From NCBI GenBank assembly GCA_963666515.2, contig OY762897.2, forward strand, positions 384,001-448,000: DNA of 64,000 nucleotides. The letters run 5' to 3'. Position 1 is the first letter of the stretch, and each line of letters opens with the position of its first letter. Position numbers and translations under genes: made by a program. The DNA is from Candidatus Binatia bacterium (GTDB lineage: Bacteria; Desulfobacterota; Binatia; UBA9968; JAJDTQ01). Below, piece after piece: positions 27,369 through 37,473 of this stretch. The notes under the pieces are model-generated. The model saw only the letters and a list, made by a program, of their open reading frames with translations. It searched no databases and had not been told where the DNA came from.

Positions 27369-30300
27369 ATGCCCACGCCCGACCCACACACCCGCGCCCA
27401 TCTCGAATGGCTCGGCTTCATCCAGCCGAACGGCCTCGTGGTCTCCGCTCCGGCCCTGGTCAAGGCCGGGGCCATCCTCAACCGGCACGACGTCGAAGGA
27501 CAGGAGTTGCTCGACGTCTGGCTGAACCGGCGCGACGGGTCGCCGGCACGTACCCGCGAACCCGGCCTCCAGGACTTCCGCGAATTCGCGAAGACCGTCC
27601 TCGGCTGGGGCTTCTCGCCCAAGGGATACGCGGGCACGGACGAGGCGCCGGTCCCGGCGGAGATCGAGGTTCCCCTCCCGGACTACGGCGAGACGTTGCG
27701 CCCGGATTTTGCGGTGCGCGAGCGCGATCCCCAGGCCGGGGAATCGCCGTGGCAGTTGCTGGTGCGGGTGCTGGGCGAGGGAGAGGACTTCGACAAGCTG
27801 ACCGCGGGCGCCGGCGGACTGGAAGCTTCTCCCCAAGGCTGGATGGAGCGCCTGCTCCGCGGCGCCGGAGTCCCTGCCGGCGTCCTCTTCAACGGCGCGG
27901 CGTTGCGTCTCGTCTCGGCCCCGCGCGGCGAAAGCTCCGGCTGGATGGACTTTCGCGTCGCCGACATGGCGCAGACCGCGGGGCGGCCTTTGTGCGCGGC
28001 GCTGCGCCTCCTCCTGTGCGAGCAACGCCTCCTGGCCGGACCGAAGGAACATCGTCTGGCGGCGCTGCTCGCGGACAGCCGCCGCTATCAGAACGAGGTC
28101 AGCGAGCGGCTTTCCGAGCAGGTCATGCACGCGCTCTACGGCCTGCTCCGAGGGTTCCAGGCGGCCCACGACGCCTCCCGCGGAGAGCTGTTGCGGGAAC
28201 CGCTCTCCGCCGAAGGCGACTCCAACGACGTCTATCGCGGCCTGCTCGCCGTCATCCTCCGCCTCGTCTTCCTGCTCTATGCCGAGGAGCGCGGCATGTT
28301 GCCGGGCGACGACGAGACTTTCACCCGCCACTACTCGGTCGCCGGCCTCTACCGGCGCCTGCGCGAGGACGCGGCCCTGCACCCGGACACCATGGACCAG
28401 CGCTTCGGCGCGTGGGCGCAGCTTCTCGTGCTGTTCCGCCTCATCCACGACGGCGCCGGCGGGCACAAGACCGGAGGCACGGTCCGTCTTCCGGAACGCC
28501 GCGGCGCCCTGTTCGACCCGGACCGGTATCCGTTCCTCGAAGGCCGCGGCAGCGGCGGCGGCAGGCAGATCACCGAGCGCGTCCAGCCGCCGCTGGTCTC
28601 CGACGGCGCCGTCTACCGGGTGCTGGAGAAGCTGCTGGTCCTCGACGGCGAGCGCATTTCCTACCGCACCCTGGACGTGGAGCAGATCGGCTCCGTGTAC
28701 GAGGTCATCATGGGCTTCCGCCTGGAGACCGCCGCCGGCCGGTCCGTGGCCGTCAAATCCGCCAAGAAGCTCGGGGCGCCGAGCACCGTCAACCTGGACG
28801 AGTTGGCGAACCAGCCCTGGGAGCGTCGCGGGAAGTGGCTCCAAGACCGAGTGGACCGCACCCTCACCGATACGGTCAGGAAGGGGCTTCGGGAAGCGAA
28901 TACGGTGGATGACCTTCACTTGGCGCTGGACCGGGTGCTGGACAAGGACGCCACGCCGGACCTTGTCACTCCCGGCTCCCTGGTGCTGCAGCCCAGCGAT
29001 GAGCGGCGCCGCTCAGGCTCCAACTACACGCCGCGGGAACTGACCGAACCGATAGTCCGCCACACCCTGGAGCCCCTGCTCCATCGGCTTCGCGGCAAGG
29101 ATGGCCAAGCGCCGACTCCGGCCCGGATTCTCGACCTCAAGATCTGCGATCCGGCCATGGGTTCCGGCGCCTTTCTGGTGGAGACCTGCCGCCAGCTCGC
29201 GGACGCGCTTATCGAGGCCTGGCACACGCACGACGAGACGCCGGTAATCCCGCCTGACGAAGACGAGGTGGTCCACGCGCGCCGCCTGGTCGCGCAGCGA
29301 TGTCTCTACGGAATCGACCGGAACCCCATGGCGGTGGACTTGGCCAAGACCTCGCTGTGGCTCAGCACCCTTGCGCGGGACCATCCGCTCACCTTCCTGG
29401 ACCACGCGTTCCGTCACGGCGACTCCCTGGTCGGATTGACCCGGGAGCAGATCGAGGCGTTCCACTGGATCCCGCAGAAAGAGCGTCCCGTCGAGGGCCT
29501 CCAGATCATGAGGATGCGGGAGCACCTGATGGCGCTGGCCGCGTTGCGCCGGCGCATCAGGGACGCGGGCGAGGACGTCTCCGATCGGGAACTCCACGAA
29601 ATCTGGAAAGACGCGCGCTACGAGCTTGACGCCGTGCGGCTCCACGGCGACTTGGCGCTGGCGGCGTTCTTCGCCGAAGCCAAACCGGGGCCGAGGGAAG
29701 GGAAGCGGCGCGAATTCGCCGCGGCCGCTTGGGGTGGCCAAGCCAACCGCTACCTGGGATGGATCGGGGACCAGCGCGGCAGCGATCCGCCGCTCGCCCC
29801 GTTCCACTGGGAGATCGAGTTCCCCGAGGTGTTCGAGCGCGAGAATCCGGGATTCGATGCGTTCGTCGGAAACCCGCCTTTCGCCGGGAAGAACAACGTC
29901 GCCGCCGGCAACGTCACGGGCTATCCCGACTGGCTCAAGACCGTCCACCGGGAGAGCCACGGCAATGCCGACCTGGTCGCGCACTTCTACCGGCGCGCCT
30001 TCAACCTCCTGCGCGAAGGAGGCGCGTTCGGCCTGATCGCCACCAACACCATCGCCCAGGGCGATACCCGCTCCACGGGCCTGCGCTGGATATGCGAGAA
30101 CGGGGGAGATATCTACCGCGCCACCAAGCGGGTCAAGTGGCCCGGCGACGCCGCGGTGGTGGTCAGCGTTCTGCACGTCGCCAAGGGCGAATTTGCAGGA
30201 ACCAAGGTGCTCGACGGCAGGGACGTGGAGAACATCACCGCGTTCCTCTTCCACAAGGGCGGCCACGCCGACCCGGCGCGCCTTGAAGCGAACGCCGGCA

Positions 30301-31535
30301 AGAGCTTCCAGGGAAGCATCGTCCTCGGAATGGGCTTCACCTTCGACGATTCTGACAAGAAGGGCATCGCCAACCCCCTGTCGGAGATGCAGCGGCTGAT
30401 CGAAGCGGACCCGCGCAACGGCGAGCGCATCTTCCCTTACATCGGCGGCGAGGAGGTCAACACCAGCCCGACCCACGCGCATCACCGATACGTGATCAAC
30501 TTTGAGGACTTTCCGTTGCGTCGGGAGGATTTGGGAAAGCGGTGGGCGGATGCGGGGGAAGATTTGCGGCGGACATGGCTGCGGCGCGGGGTCGTGCCGT
30601 TGGACTATCCGGAGCCGGTGGCGACGGATTGGCCGGAGTTGCTGGGGATTCTTGAGGAGCGAGTGAAGCCGGAGAGGAGCAAGCTAACCCGGAATCCGAT
30701 TGGTCGAAAGCGAGCGGGGTTCTGGTGGCGTTACGGCTCGACGGCAAACGAACTTTACGCCGCCAGCGCCAGTCAGTCCCGAGTTTTGGTGATTTCGAGA
30801 TACGGACAAGTTGCCGCTTTCTCGTTCTTGCCTGCCGGCGCTGTCTACAGCGATTCATGCATCATATTTCCGTTCGACACCTACGCCGTCCTGTGCACCC
30901 TCCAGTCCCGCCCCCACGAGATTTGGGCGCGCTTCTTTGGCTCGTCGATGAAGGACGATCTCCGCTACACACCATCCGACTGTTTCGAGACTTTCGCTTT
31001 TCCTGGTGGCTGGGCAACGGCCAAGGGGCTGGAAGCCGCAGGCAAGGCGTATTACGAGCACCGAGTAACCCTGATGGTCAGTAACGGTGAGGGCCTGACA
31101 AGAACCTTTAACCGCTTTCATGATCCCTACGAAGATGATCCGGATATCGTCCGTCTCCGAGAACTCCACACCGCCATGGACTCCGCCGTCCTTGACGCCT
31201 ACGGTTGGACCGACATCCCCACCGACTGTGATTTCCTTCTCGACTACGAGATCGACGAAGCCACCTGGGGCACGAAGAAAAAACCGTACCGCTACCGCTG
31301 GCTCGACGAGATTCGCGACGAAGTCCTTGCTCGCCTTCTAGCCCTCAACGCCGAACGCGCCGATGAGGAAGCTTGTAAGGGGGCGAGATCCGCCACCCTA
31401 CTGAATCCGGCTTCGAAGTCCTCGCGATCACGGTACGACCGAACAACCGGACCTCAGCCGGTCCTCGAAGTTGCAGATGCAGAACTTCCCTGGGACCAAC
31501 CGACGACTCATCGACGACGCAGTCGTGATCCATAA
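27369..31535 (+). CDS. drmMI: DISARM class I adenine DNA methyltransferase DrmMI (1,388 aa)
   Basis: YTPRELT, DPAMGSGAFL (motif I), GNPPF (motif IV), C-terminal TRD-like region; ATG 27369 lies 5 nt after the drmD stop. Confidence 0.85.
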   Translation: MPTPDPHTRAHLEWLGFIQPNGLVVSAPALVKAGAILNRHDVEGQELLDVWLNRRDGSPARTREPGLQDFREFAKTVLGWGFSPKGYAGTDEAPVPAEIEVPLPDYGETLRPDFAVRERDPQAGESPWQLLVRVLGEGEDFDKLTAGAGGLEASPQGWMERLLRGAGVPAGVLFNGAALRLVSAPRGESSGWMDFRVADMAQTAGRPLCAALRLLLCEQRLLAGPKEHRLAALLADSRRYQNEVSERLSEQVMHALYGLLRGFQAAHDASRGELLREPLSAEGDSNDVYRGLLAVILRLVFLLYAEERGMLPGDDETFTRHYSVAGLYRRLREDAALHPDTMDQRFGAWAQLLVLFRLIHDGAGGHKTGGTVRLPERRGALFDPDRYPFLEGRGSGGGRQITERVQPPLVSDGAVYRVLEKLLVLDGERISYRTLDVEQIGSVYEVIMGFRLETAAGRSVAVKSAKKLGAPSTVNLDELANQPWERRGKWLQDRVDRTLTDTVRKGLREANTVDDLHLALDRVLDKDATPDLVTPGSLVLQPSDERRRSGSNYTPRELTEPIVRHTLEPLLHRLRGKDGQAPTPARILDLKICDPAMGSGAFLVETCRQLADALIEAWHTHDETPVIPPDEDEVVHARRLVAQRCLYGIDRNPMAVDLAKTSLWLSTLARDHPLTFLDHAFRHGDSLVGLTREQIEAFHWIPQKERPVEGLQIMRMREHLMALAALRRRIRDAGEDVSDRELHEIWKDARYELDAVRLHGDLALAAFFAEAKPGPREGKRREFAAAAWGGQANRYLGWIGDQRGSDPPLAPFHWEIEFPEVFERENPGFDAFVGNPPFAGKNNVAAGNVTGYPDWLKTVHRESHGNADLVAHFYRRAFNLLREGGAFGLIATNTIAQGDTRSTGLRWICENGGDIYRATKRVKWPGDAAVVVSVLHVAKGEFAGTKVLDGRDVENITAFLFHKGGHADPARLEANAGKSFQGSIVLGMGFTFDDSDKKGIANPLSEMQRLIEADPRNGERIFPYIGGEEVNTSPTHAHHRYVINFEDFPLRREDLGKRWADAGEDLRRTWLRRGVVPLDYPEPVATDWPELLGILEERVKPERSKLTRNPIGRKRAGFWWRYGSTANELYAASASQSRVLVISRYGQVAAFSFLPAGAVYSDSCIIFPFDTYAVLCTLQSRPHEIWARFFGSSMKDDLRYTPSDCFETFAFPGGWATAKGLEAAGKAYYEHRVTLMVSNGEGLTRTFNRFHDPYEDDPDIVRLRELHTAMDSAVLDAYGWTDIPTDCDFLLDYEIDEATWGTKKKPYRYRWLDEIRDEVLARLLALNAERADEEACKGARSATLLNPASKSSRSRYDRTTGPQPVLEVADAELPWDQPTTHRRRSRDP

Positions 31536-31569
31536 TGACGGTCGTGTGTTGCATAGAAAGGGTCCAGAG

Positions 31570-32886
31570 ATGTCGGCAATAATGCATCTAATGCAACTGT
31601 CCATGAACGACCGATTGGGGACGATCTCCGAGGGGATTGGCTACATCGTCGAGAATCTACGGCGATTGCAGGAAGCGGCAAAGGCGTTGCACGATGCCGA
31701 ACACTGGCAGACGTCACAGATCATGGAAGGTTTCGCAGTCGAAGAGGCGGCAAAGGTACTCATTCTCATTGACGCGGTGAGATGCCCTCCGTCAAGACGC
31801 AACGACCTGAGCAGGACGGTAGGATACTTCGACAACCATCTGGCCAAGCGGATATATGCAGAGGCGTGCAGTTGGCGACCAGGGTCATTCGAAGAACTGA
31901 AGCAATATGCCCAGCAGGCAACGCGAAGTCACTATCTCGATGGTCCAAAAGACGTGGATTGGATATTCCCAAACGAGTTCAAGGCGCGCAGAGAAGGGGA
32001 AATCTACGTGGATTATATCAAGGATGTGACTGAAGAAAACGGGGAATACATGTGGATGGCGCCATATGCTGCTAACAGCCTGCCTAAGCTGCCCTATGTC
32101 GAACCCCGTGTTGTTGCTACCGTGGAAGCGTTGTGGCGCTTGGGGGTGGGAAGCAAGCACGGTCTGAACATCATTAGAGAAGAATCGCAGGACTTTGATC
32201 CAGAATTGAACGGCAGTCTTCGTGACCGTGGACAGCGGATCGCGAAGACCTTGGACAGGATGGTCCAGGACACCGATGCTTGCAGGGTGCAGGGTGCAAG
32301 GGCGGTGGTGATGGACAATTGGCCTTTCCCAATGTGGTCTCTCGATCTCTCGGAAGAGAGAAAGCAGAGAAACGAGAGGAAGGCCGATTTGGCGGAACTT
32401 CGAAGGAAGAGGAGGAATCTTATAGCAGAGTTTGAGCAACTCGCGTCTGTCCGTGAACCGGCGCTCAAAGTGACGGCGAGCCTGGTAGACGAACTGGCTA
32501 GCGCCTATGAGGCGGCAAAGAAGGAGAGGGACAGGCTTGAAGACGAGCAGGCCAGAGAAGAGGATGCTAAGCAGGAACGTGAGGGAGCCAAAAGGCGGAG
32601 CAAACTGCGGATTCGAAGAATTCTGGCGTTTGAGCCTCCCTTGTTCATGGCGCTCAAGGAAAGGTTGCAGAAACTTACCGAGGAAGAGAGGGCTGATTTG
32701 GTCGCCTTGGCATGGTTCACGCGAGACCGTGTAGCGAACTGGGCCACAGTGAGACGGCGGGCAGGAGAGAGGATACGAGACATGGAGTACACGTACCAGG
32801 CAGGTCTGGGAAACACTTGGAGGGAGGGCTACCAACGATGGAAGAGTGTGCCGAAGAAGTTTAAGCCTGGCGAATCGCGAATGTGA
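31570..32886 (+). CDS. AbiV-family (HEPN-like) abortive infection protein with C-terminal coiled coil and DUF3775-like domain
   Basis: FAVEEAAKVLIL and FDNHLAK motifs; C-terminal LTEEERADLVALAWF; visibly lower GC. Confidence 0.6.
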   Translation: MSAIMHLMQLSMNDRLGTISEGIGYIVENLRRLQEAAKALHDAEHWQTSQIMEGFAVEEAAKVLILIDAVRCPPSRRNDLSRTVGYFDNHLAKRIYAEACSWRPGSFEELKQYAQQATRSHYLDGPKDVDWIFPNEFKARREGEIYVDYIKDVTEENGEYMWMAPYAANSLPKLPYVEPRVVATVEALWRLGVGSKHGLNIIREESQDFDPELNGSLRDRGQRIAKTLDRMVQDTDACRVQGARAVVMDNWPFPMWSLDLSEERKQRNERKADLAELRRKRRNLIAEFEQLASVREPALKVTASLVDELASAYEAAKKERDRLEDEQAREEDAKQEREGAKRRSKLRIRRILAFEPPLFMALKERLQKLTEEERADLVALAWFTRDRVANWATVRRRAGERIRDMEYTYQAGLGNTWREGYQRWKSVPKKFKPGESRM

Positions 32887-32901
32887 GAATTGAGACGAGC
32901 C

Positions 32902-34113
32902 ATGGCAACTGACACCGATCCCAGGACGATTACGCGCGTCGCCCTGCGCAACTACAAGAGCATCGCAGCCTGTGACGTGGAGTTGACGCCTCTGACTCTC
33001 CTCGTGGGTCCCAACGGTTCGGGGAAGAGCAATTTTGTTGATGCCCTGCGCTTTACCGCGCAGGCTTTGCGCTTTACCCCGGACCACGCACTGCACGAGC
33101 GAGGCGGGATCAACGAGGTTCGCCGGCGGTCGCGCGGTCATCCGAACCATTTCGGCATTCGTCTGGGGTTCCGGCTGGCCGATGCTGCCGGCTGGTACGC
33201 CTTCGAAATCGGCGCGCGGCCGAAAGGCCGCTATGTCGTGCGAGGTGAGGAATGCGTTGTCCTGTCCCATACTGAAGGGCGGGCGTTTTTCCGTATAGAT
33301 GACGGACGGCTGTTGTCCACCTCGATCCCGCATCCGCCGCCGACAGGCGGCAGTGACAGACTCTATCTCCTTCCCGCATCGGCGTATCCAGCGTTCAGGC
33401 CGATTTACGATACCCTGTCAGGGATGGGGTTCTACAACCTCAATCCGGAGCAGATCCGCGAGCTACAGTCGCCCGACCCCGGGGATCTCCTGGCTCATGA
33501 CGGAAGCAATATCGCGAGCGTCCTCGCCAACCTCAAGTCGCGCTCGCCCGAGACGGCGGCACGGGTTGGTCAGTACCTCTCGAAGGTTGTCCCAGGAACG
33601 GTGGGCATGGAGCCAAAGACGGTGGGACCCAAGCTGACCCTGGAGTTTCGTCAGGAGGTCCGCGGCGATCCCCACCCGTGGCGATTCCTTGCCCATAATG
33701 TGTCGGACGGCACGCTAAGGGTGCTGGGTGTGCTCGTGGCGCTCTACCAGGGTATCGACACGGAGTCGGTGAACGCCAAACTCGTCGGTATCGAAGAACC
33801 CGAGGGATCTCTTCATCCTGCCGCTACGGGAGTACTGACGGATGCTCTTCGGGAGGCAAGCGAAAGCATACAAGTCGTCGTGACGAGCCACAGCGCGGAC
33901 TTGCTGGACCGAGACACGATTCCGTCGGACTCCATCCTGGCTGTCGTCTCCGAGGACGGCGAGACGAAGATCGCCCGTCTTGATGCTGCGGGCCGCACCG
34001 CGCTGCGCGACGGGCTGTTCACGGCCGGGGAGATGCTTCGCATGAATCAACTTCTGCCCGATCCTGAGCAGGCGACGCCGGTGCAGTTGGATATCTTCCG
34101 CCCGGAGGAATGA
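32902..34113 (+). CDS. ABC/AAA_21-type ATPase
   Basis: NYKSI, Walker A GPNGSGKSN, signature VSDGTLR, Walker B IEEPE, TSHS H-loop. Confidence 0.9.
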   Translation: MATDTDPRTITRVALRNYKSIAACDVELTPLTLLVGPNGSGKSNFVDALRFTAQALRFTPDHALHERGGINEVRRRSRGHPNHFGIRLGFRLADAAGWYAFEIGARPKGRYVVRGEECVVLSHTEGRAFFRIDDGRLLSTSIPHPPPTGGSDRLYLLPASAYPAFRPIYDTLSGMGFYNLNPEQIRELQSPDPGDLLAHDGSNIASVLANLKSRSPETAARVGQYLSKVVPGTVGMEPKTVGPKLTLEFRQEVRGDPHPWRFLAHNVSDGTLRVLGVLVALYQGIDTESVNAKLVGIEEPEGSLHPAATGVLTDALREASESIQVVVTSHSADLLDRDTIPSDSILAVVSEDGETKIARLDAAGRTALRDGLFTAGEMLRMNQLLPDPEQATPVQLDIFRPEE

Positions 34114-34116
34114 TCC

Positions 34117-34692
34117 GTGAGGAGAATCGTCGCCATTGTTGAAGGGGATGGCGAGGTGGAGGCCGTACCCCTCCTTATTCGGCGGATCGCTTTGGAGGTA
34201 TCTCCACTTGTCCCGCCCGACGCTCCGAGGCCGATCCGGGTCCGTCGTCAGCGATTCGTCAAACCAGGGGAAGTCGAGCGCTACGTGAATCTAGCCGCGA
34301 TCCTCGGTGCTGCCGAGGGACGTATACTTGTAGTTCTCGACGCAAATGGTGATTGCCCGGCAGAGCTCGGGCCGAACGTCCTGCAACGTGCCCGCGCGGC
34401 GCGTTCCGACCGTCGCATCGAGGTGGTTGTCGCGAAATGCGAGTACGAGTCGTGGTTCATTGCTGCCGTGGATTCCTTGCAAGGAACACGGGGGATCTCC
34501 GCCGACGCGAAAGTCCCGGAAGACCCGGAATCCATCCGAGGCGCCAAGGAGTGGCTCCGCGACCGAATGAGCAGTCCATACAGTCCAACGGCTGACCAAG
34601 CGACGTTTACCGCTCGCTTCGACATGACCTTGGCCCGCCGCCGCTCGCCGTCGTTTGACAAGATGTGGCGCGCGGTCAGCACACTCTTGTAG
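34117..34692 (+). CDS. DUF4276-family (TOPRIM-like) protein
   Basis: AIVEGDGE, VLDANGDCP, EYESWF, PE..RGAKEWL, SPSFDK; 3 nt after the ATPase stop. Confidence 0.8.
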   Translation: MRRIVAIVEGDGEVEAVPLLIRRIALEVSPLVPPDAPRPIRVRRQRFVKPGEVERYVNLAAILGAAEGRILVVLDANGDCPAELGPNVLQRARAARSDRRIEVVVAKCEYESWFIAAVDSLQGTRGISADAKVPEDPESIRGAKEWLRDRMSSPYSPTADQATFTARFDMTLARRRSPSFDKMWRAVSTLL

Positions 34693-34716
34693 CGCAGCAC
34701 TGCCGCGATCACACCG

Positions 34717-34890
34717 TCACGAATTCTCGTCATGCTGATCATGATCATTGAGATACGTCCATTCTCGCTGTTGTTTCGGAGCGTTTTCACCAATGCGCGT
34801 ACGATGTTCTCGGGAGTGTCGGGAATGGTGGGCGGTAAGGGTTGGGGAGCCAATCTTGTCACTCTTCGCCTTCCCTTCCGGGTCTACCAT
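34717..34890 (-). pseudogene. Frameshifted remnant of a small mobile-element-associated ORF
   Basis: AGGAGG RBS and ATG 34890; IPDTPENIVRALVKT and PKQQREWTYL lie in different frames. Resembles, from memory, short ORFs beside IS1595-type elements. Confidence 0.35.
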
Positions 34891-35105
34891 GGGTGTCACC
34901 TCCTGATTCTCTGTTGACACCAATCCTAACCATTTGTCTATAAGGGAAGCATCTGCGGAAGCTCAGCGGCGACCCTTGGGGTCTTGGATCATCATTCTCG
35001 ACGGCGTGGGAGCGATTCGCACAAATGGAGAATCTCATCTTATCGCGAAACCGGCCCACTTTCCTGGGTGAATTGATGAAATCGAACTGAGGAAAGGAGA
35101 AAGCC

Positions 35106-35423
35106 ATGAAGTATCTGGCCTTGATTCTGATCGTAGCGTTGACGGGGTGCGCCACCGCGCAGGTATCCAATACCGAGGCACCCCCAGCGCGTCGTGTCGT
35201 GGCGCAGGGATTCGCCGGCATCGTCTCTCTAACAGATGTCAAGGAGGCGGCGACCACCGCCATGAACATCACTTGCGAAGAAGGGAAGTGGATCGATCTC
35301 GGTGGTCAATCCGTCGGGGCAGCACTGGCGGTCAACCTTCCCGATATCTCGAAAATCGGCCAGTTCATCATCGCCCTTCCCAGGAACACGTACACGACAC
35401 TGTTCGCTTGTAGTGCAGAATGA
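35106..35423 (+). CDS. Small lipoprotein of unknown function
   Basis: MKYLALILIVALTG-C lipobox; strong AAAGGAG RBS. Confidence 0.8.
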   Translation: MKYLALILIVALTGCATAQVSNTEAPPARRVVAQGFAGIVSLTDVKEAATTAMNITCEEGKWIDLGGQSVGAALAVNLPDISKIGQFIIALPRNTYTTLFACSAE

Positions 35424-35435
35424 GAGGGTCCGATT

Positions 35436-36423
35436 TCATGCTCCACGCGCCAGCGCGTCGAGCTTCGCCCTTCTTGGGAGTCCGCCGCGTTCTTTCCCGC
35501 GATCGTCGATGTTGATCTCGATCAGATCAAGCGCGGCGCCGTTCCATGGCCGCGTGTGTTCGAAGGCGAGTCGGTGCGTACCAGGGGCGTTGAAACGGAC
35601 ATAGACCACGCGGGCTGAGGGTTTCCCGTAGACTCCGCCGGAGTGTGCCGCCTGCGATTCCCCGACGATCTCGGCATCCGTTCCGGCTTCGACAAGGCTC
35701 CAGGTGTAGCCGGCGGAAGCATGATCTTCCAGGTGCACAGCGAAGAGATCCTCCGGTTGGGCTTCAAGAAAGCAATCGGTGTCGCTCCTGGTCAGAGCCC
35801 ATACATCGGAACCGGAGTTCACCATCAGACCTTCGGGAGCTAGGGCACGTTTCAGGTCCGTCACCGGCCCCGCCTGAAGCTGCTCAGCTTCCGCGCGTCT
35901 GAGGACCTTGGCCGTCACCAGACTCCAGCACGCGGCTTGGTAGTTGATGCCGAGCCGAAGGGAGAGTTGGTAGATGATTTCGGGTTGACGCATTTCGTCC
36001 TTGTTCCAACCATGACGCTCGGCGCACTCGGTCACGAGATGCCCTGACGCCAGCAACTCGGAGGCAAAAGCGTCTGCGGCCACCTCTTCGACCGCTCGCG
36101 ACCTCGATGTGTGGCGTCCTTCGAAGCCAACGGTTTCGTCCAGGCTCGACTGGTGTCCGAGCAACAGGTGTCCAAGCTCATGCGCGAGCGTGAACCGCTG
36201 GGCTGCCAATCCCTGACGATTGTTGACGACGATCCCGCCCGTTCCACCGCCGGTGCTGATGAAAGCGCCCCAAAGACGATCCAGGGGCCGGAAAAACGAG
36301 CGGAATCCCCCGCTCGGTGATCGCTCCGACAACGTCGAAGCTAGTGCGGTTGCTTCTGGCGGATAAGGCGAGAATTTGGCCTGCTGCCCTGGCCGCTCTC
36401 CGAATCTCGTTGCGTCTGTTCAT
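35436..36423 (-). pseudogene. ImmA/IrrE-family metallopeptidase fused to a chagasin/I42-like domain; +1 frameshift at 36292-36296
   Basis: MNRRNEI...GIPLVF joins RPLDRLWG...RFTLAHELGH...EVAADAFASELL if one T of a T5 run is removed (328 aa). C-terminus has SAGYTW and RPW motifs. Confidence 0.75.
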
Positions 36424-36626
36424 CCGACTTCCTCTCTCTCGCCGGAACCAAGCGTCTCGGCCCGGCTGATGGTGGATCTCCCCGTCCTTGTCCCGCTTGC
36501 CGTGGCACCGTTTTCTTGACACGCTGGCCATGATGCGCGGGGATTTCACGTATCGTGGCGATGCTATTCTGTTCGATTCTTTTGCGGAAGAGTTCTTTAA
36601 GCAAATCCTGGGTGAATCGACTCACG

Positions 36627-37448
36627 ATGGAAAACAACCAGAAACTTGAGGACACCCTGCGCACCATAGTTTCCCGCTACGGCATGGAACGGGTCCAGGA
36701 TACGCTTCGTCAAATTAATGGACCCGTTCGAGTTCGTAGGAAGGAAAAGGAACTTTCGACTCGAGACATAGTGCACAGGGCGAACGGAGTTGGCCCACTA
36801 CGTCTCCGAAATCTGGCGCAGGCTTATGTGTCCAAACTAGAGTTGCCCGTTAGGGTCCATGGAGCCCTGGTGGAACTCGCACGGAAGTTCGACGACAAAA
36901 CTTTCTTGCCTACTTTCGGGGATATCAGGAATTTTTGTCGGTTTTATGGCATCGACCTGCCAGCATCGCCGTCCCGCGGATCGGCCATACCGCGGATTTT
37001 TAAGCATCTCTCGCAACTGTCACCAGTAGATCTGTGGACGATGCTTCGCACAGGCGCTTTTTCCGGCCCGTCGCAACTTGCACCCATTGCTGACGCCATT
37101 CGACGTAGATCCAGGAGGGAGGAGAAGGTGAAACGTGACCCGGAATTGTTGAGGTCGCTACTGTTCGAAATGGAGAATTCGGACGCCCATATTACGGTAG
37201 TGACTATGGATAGGAGTGCGGAGGAGTACCACCACTTTCAACTGCTGTGCGATGAAGGGCTTGTGGAGCAGACTGGTCAGGCTTCTTTTCGCCTGACGAG
37301 TTCCGGTCACGACTTCCTTGACGCCATTCGTGACGATTCTCGATGGCAGACGGTGATGGGCCACATCAAGCAAAATGGCGGCGATTGGACCTTGGGCATT
37401 CTCAAGGAGTTGGCTTCCCAGCTTCTCAGAGACACCTTGCTTCGCTGA
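36627..37448 (+). CDS. Hypothetical protein with C-terminal DUF2513-like domain
   Basis: From GTG 37128: KRDPELLRSLL...HFQLLCDEGLV...LTSSGHDFLDAIRDDSRW. Confidence 0.65.
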   Translation: MENNQKLEDTLRTIVSRYGMERVQDTLRQINGPVRVRRKEKELSTRDIVHRANGVGPLRLRNLAQAYVSKLELPVRVHGALVELARKFDDKTFLPTFGDIRNFCRFYGIDLPASPSRGSAIPRIFKHLSQLSPVDLWTMLRTGAFSGPSQLAPIADAIRRRSRREEKVKRDPELLRSLLFEMENSDAHITVVTMDRSAEEYHHFQLLCDEGLVEQTGQASFRLTSSGHDFLDAIRDDSRWQTVMGHIKQNGGDWTLGILKELASQLLRDTLLR

Positions 37449-37473
37449 CACCTCAGGTAGGGAAGGTGCGTTC

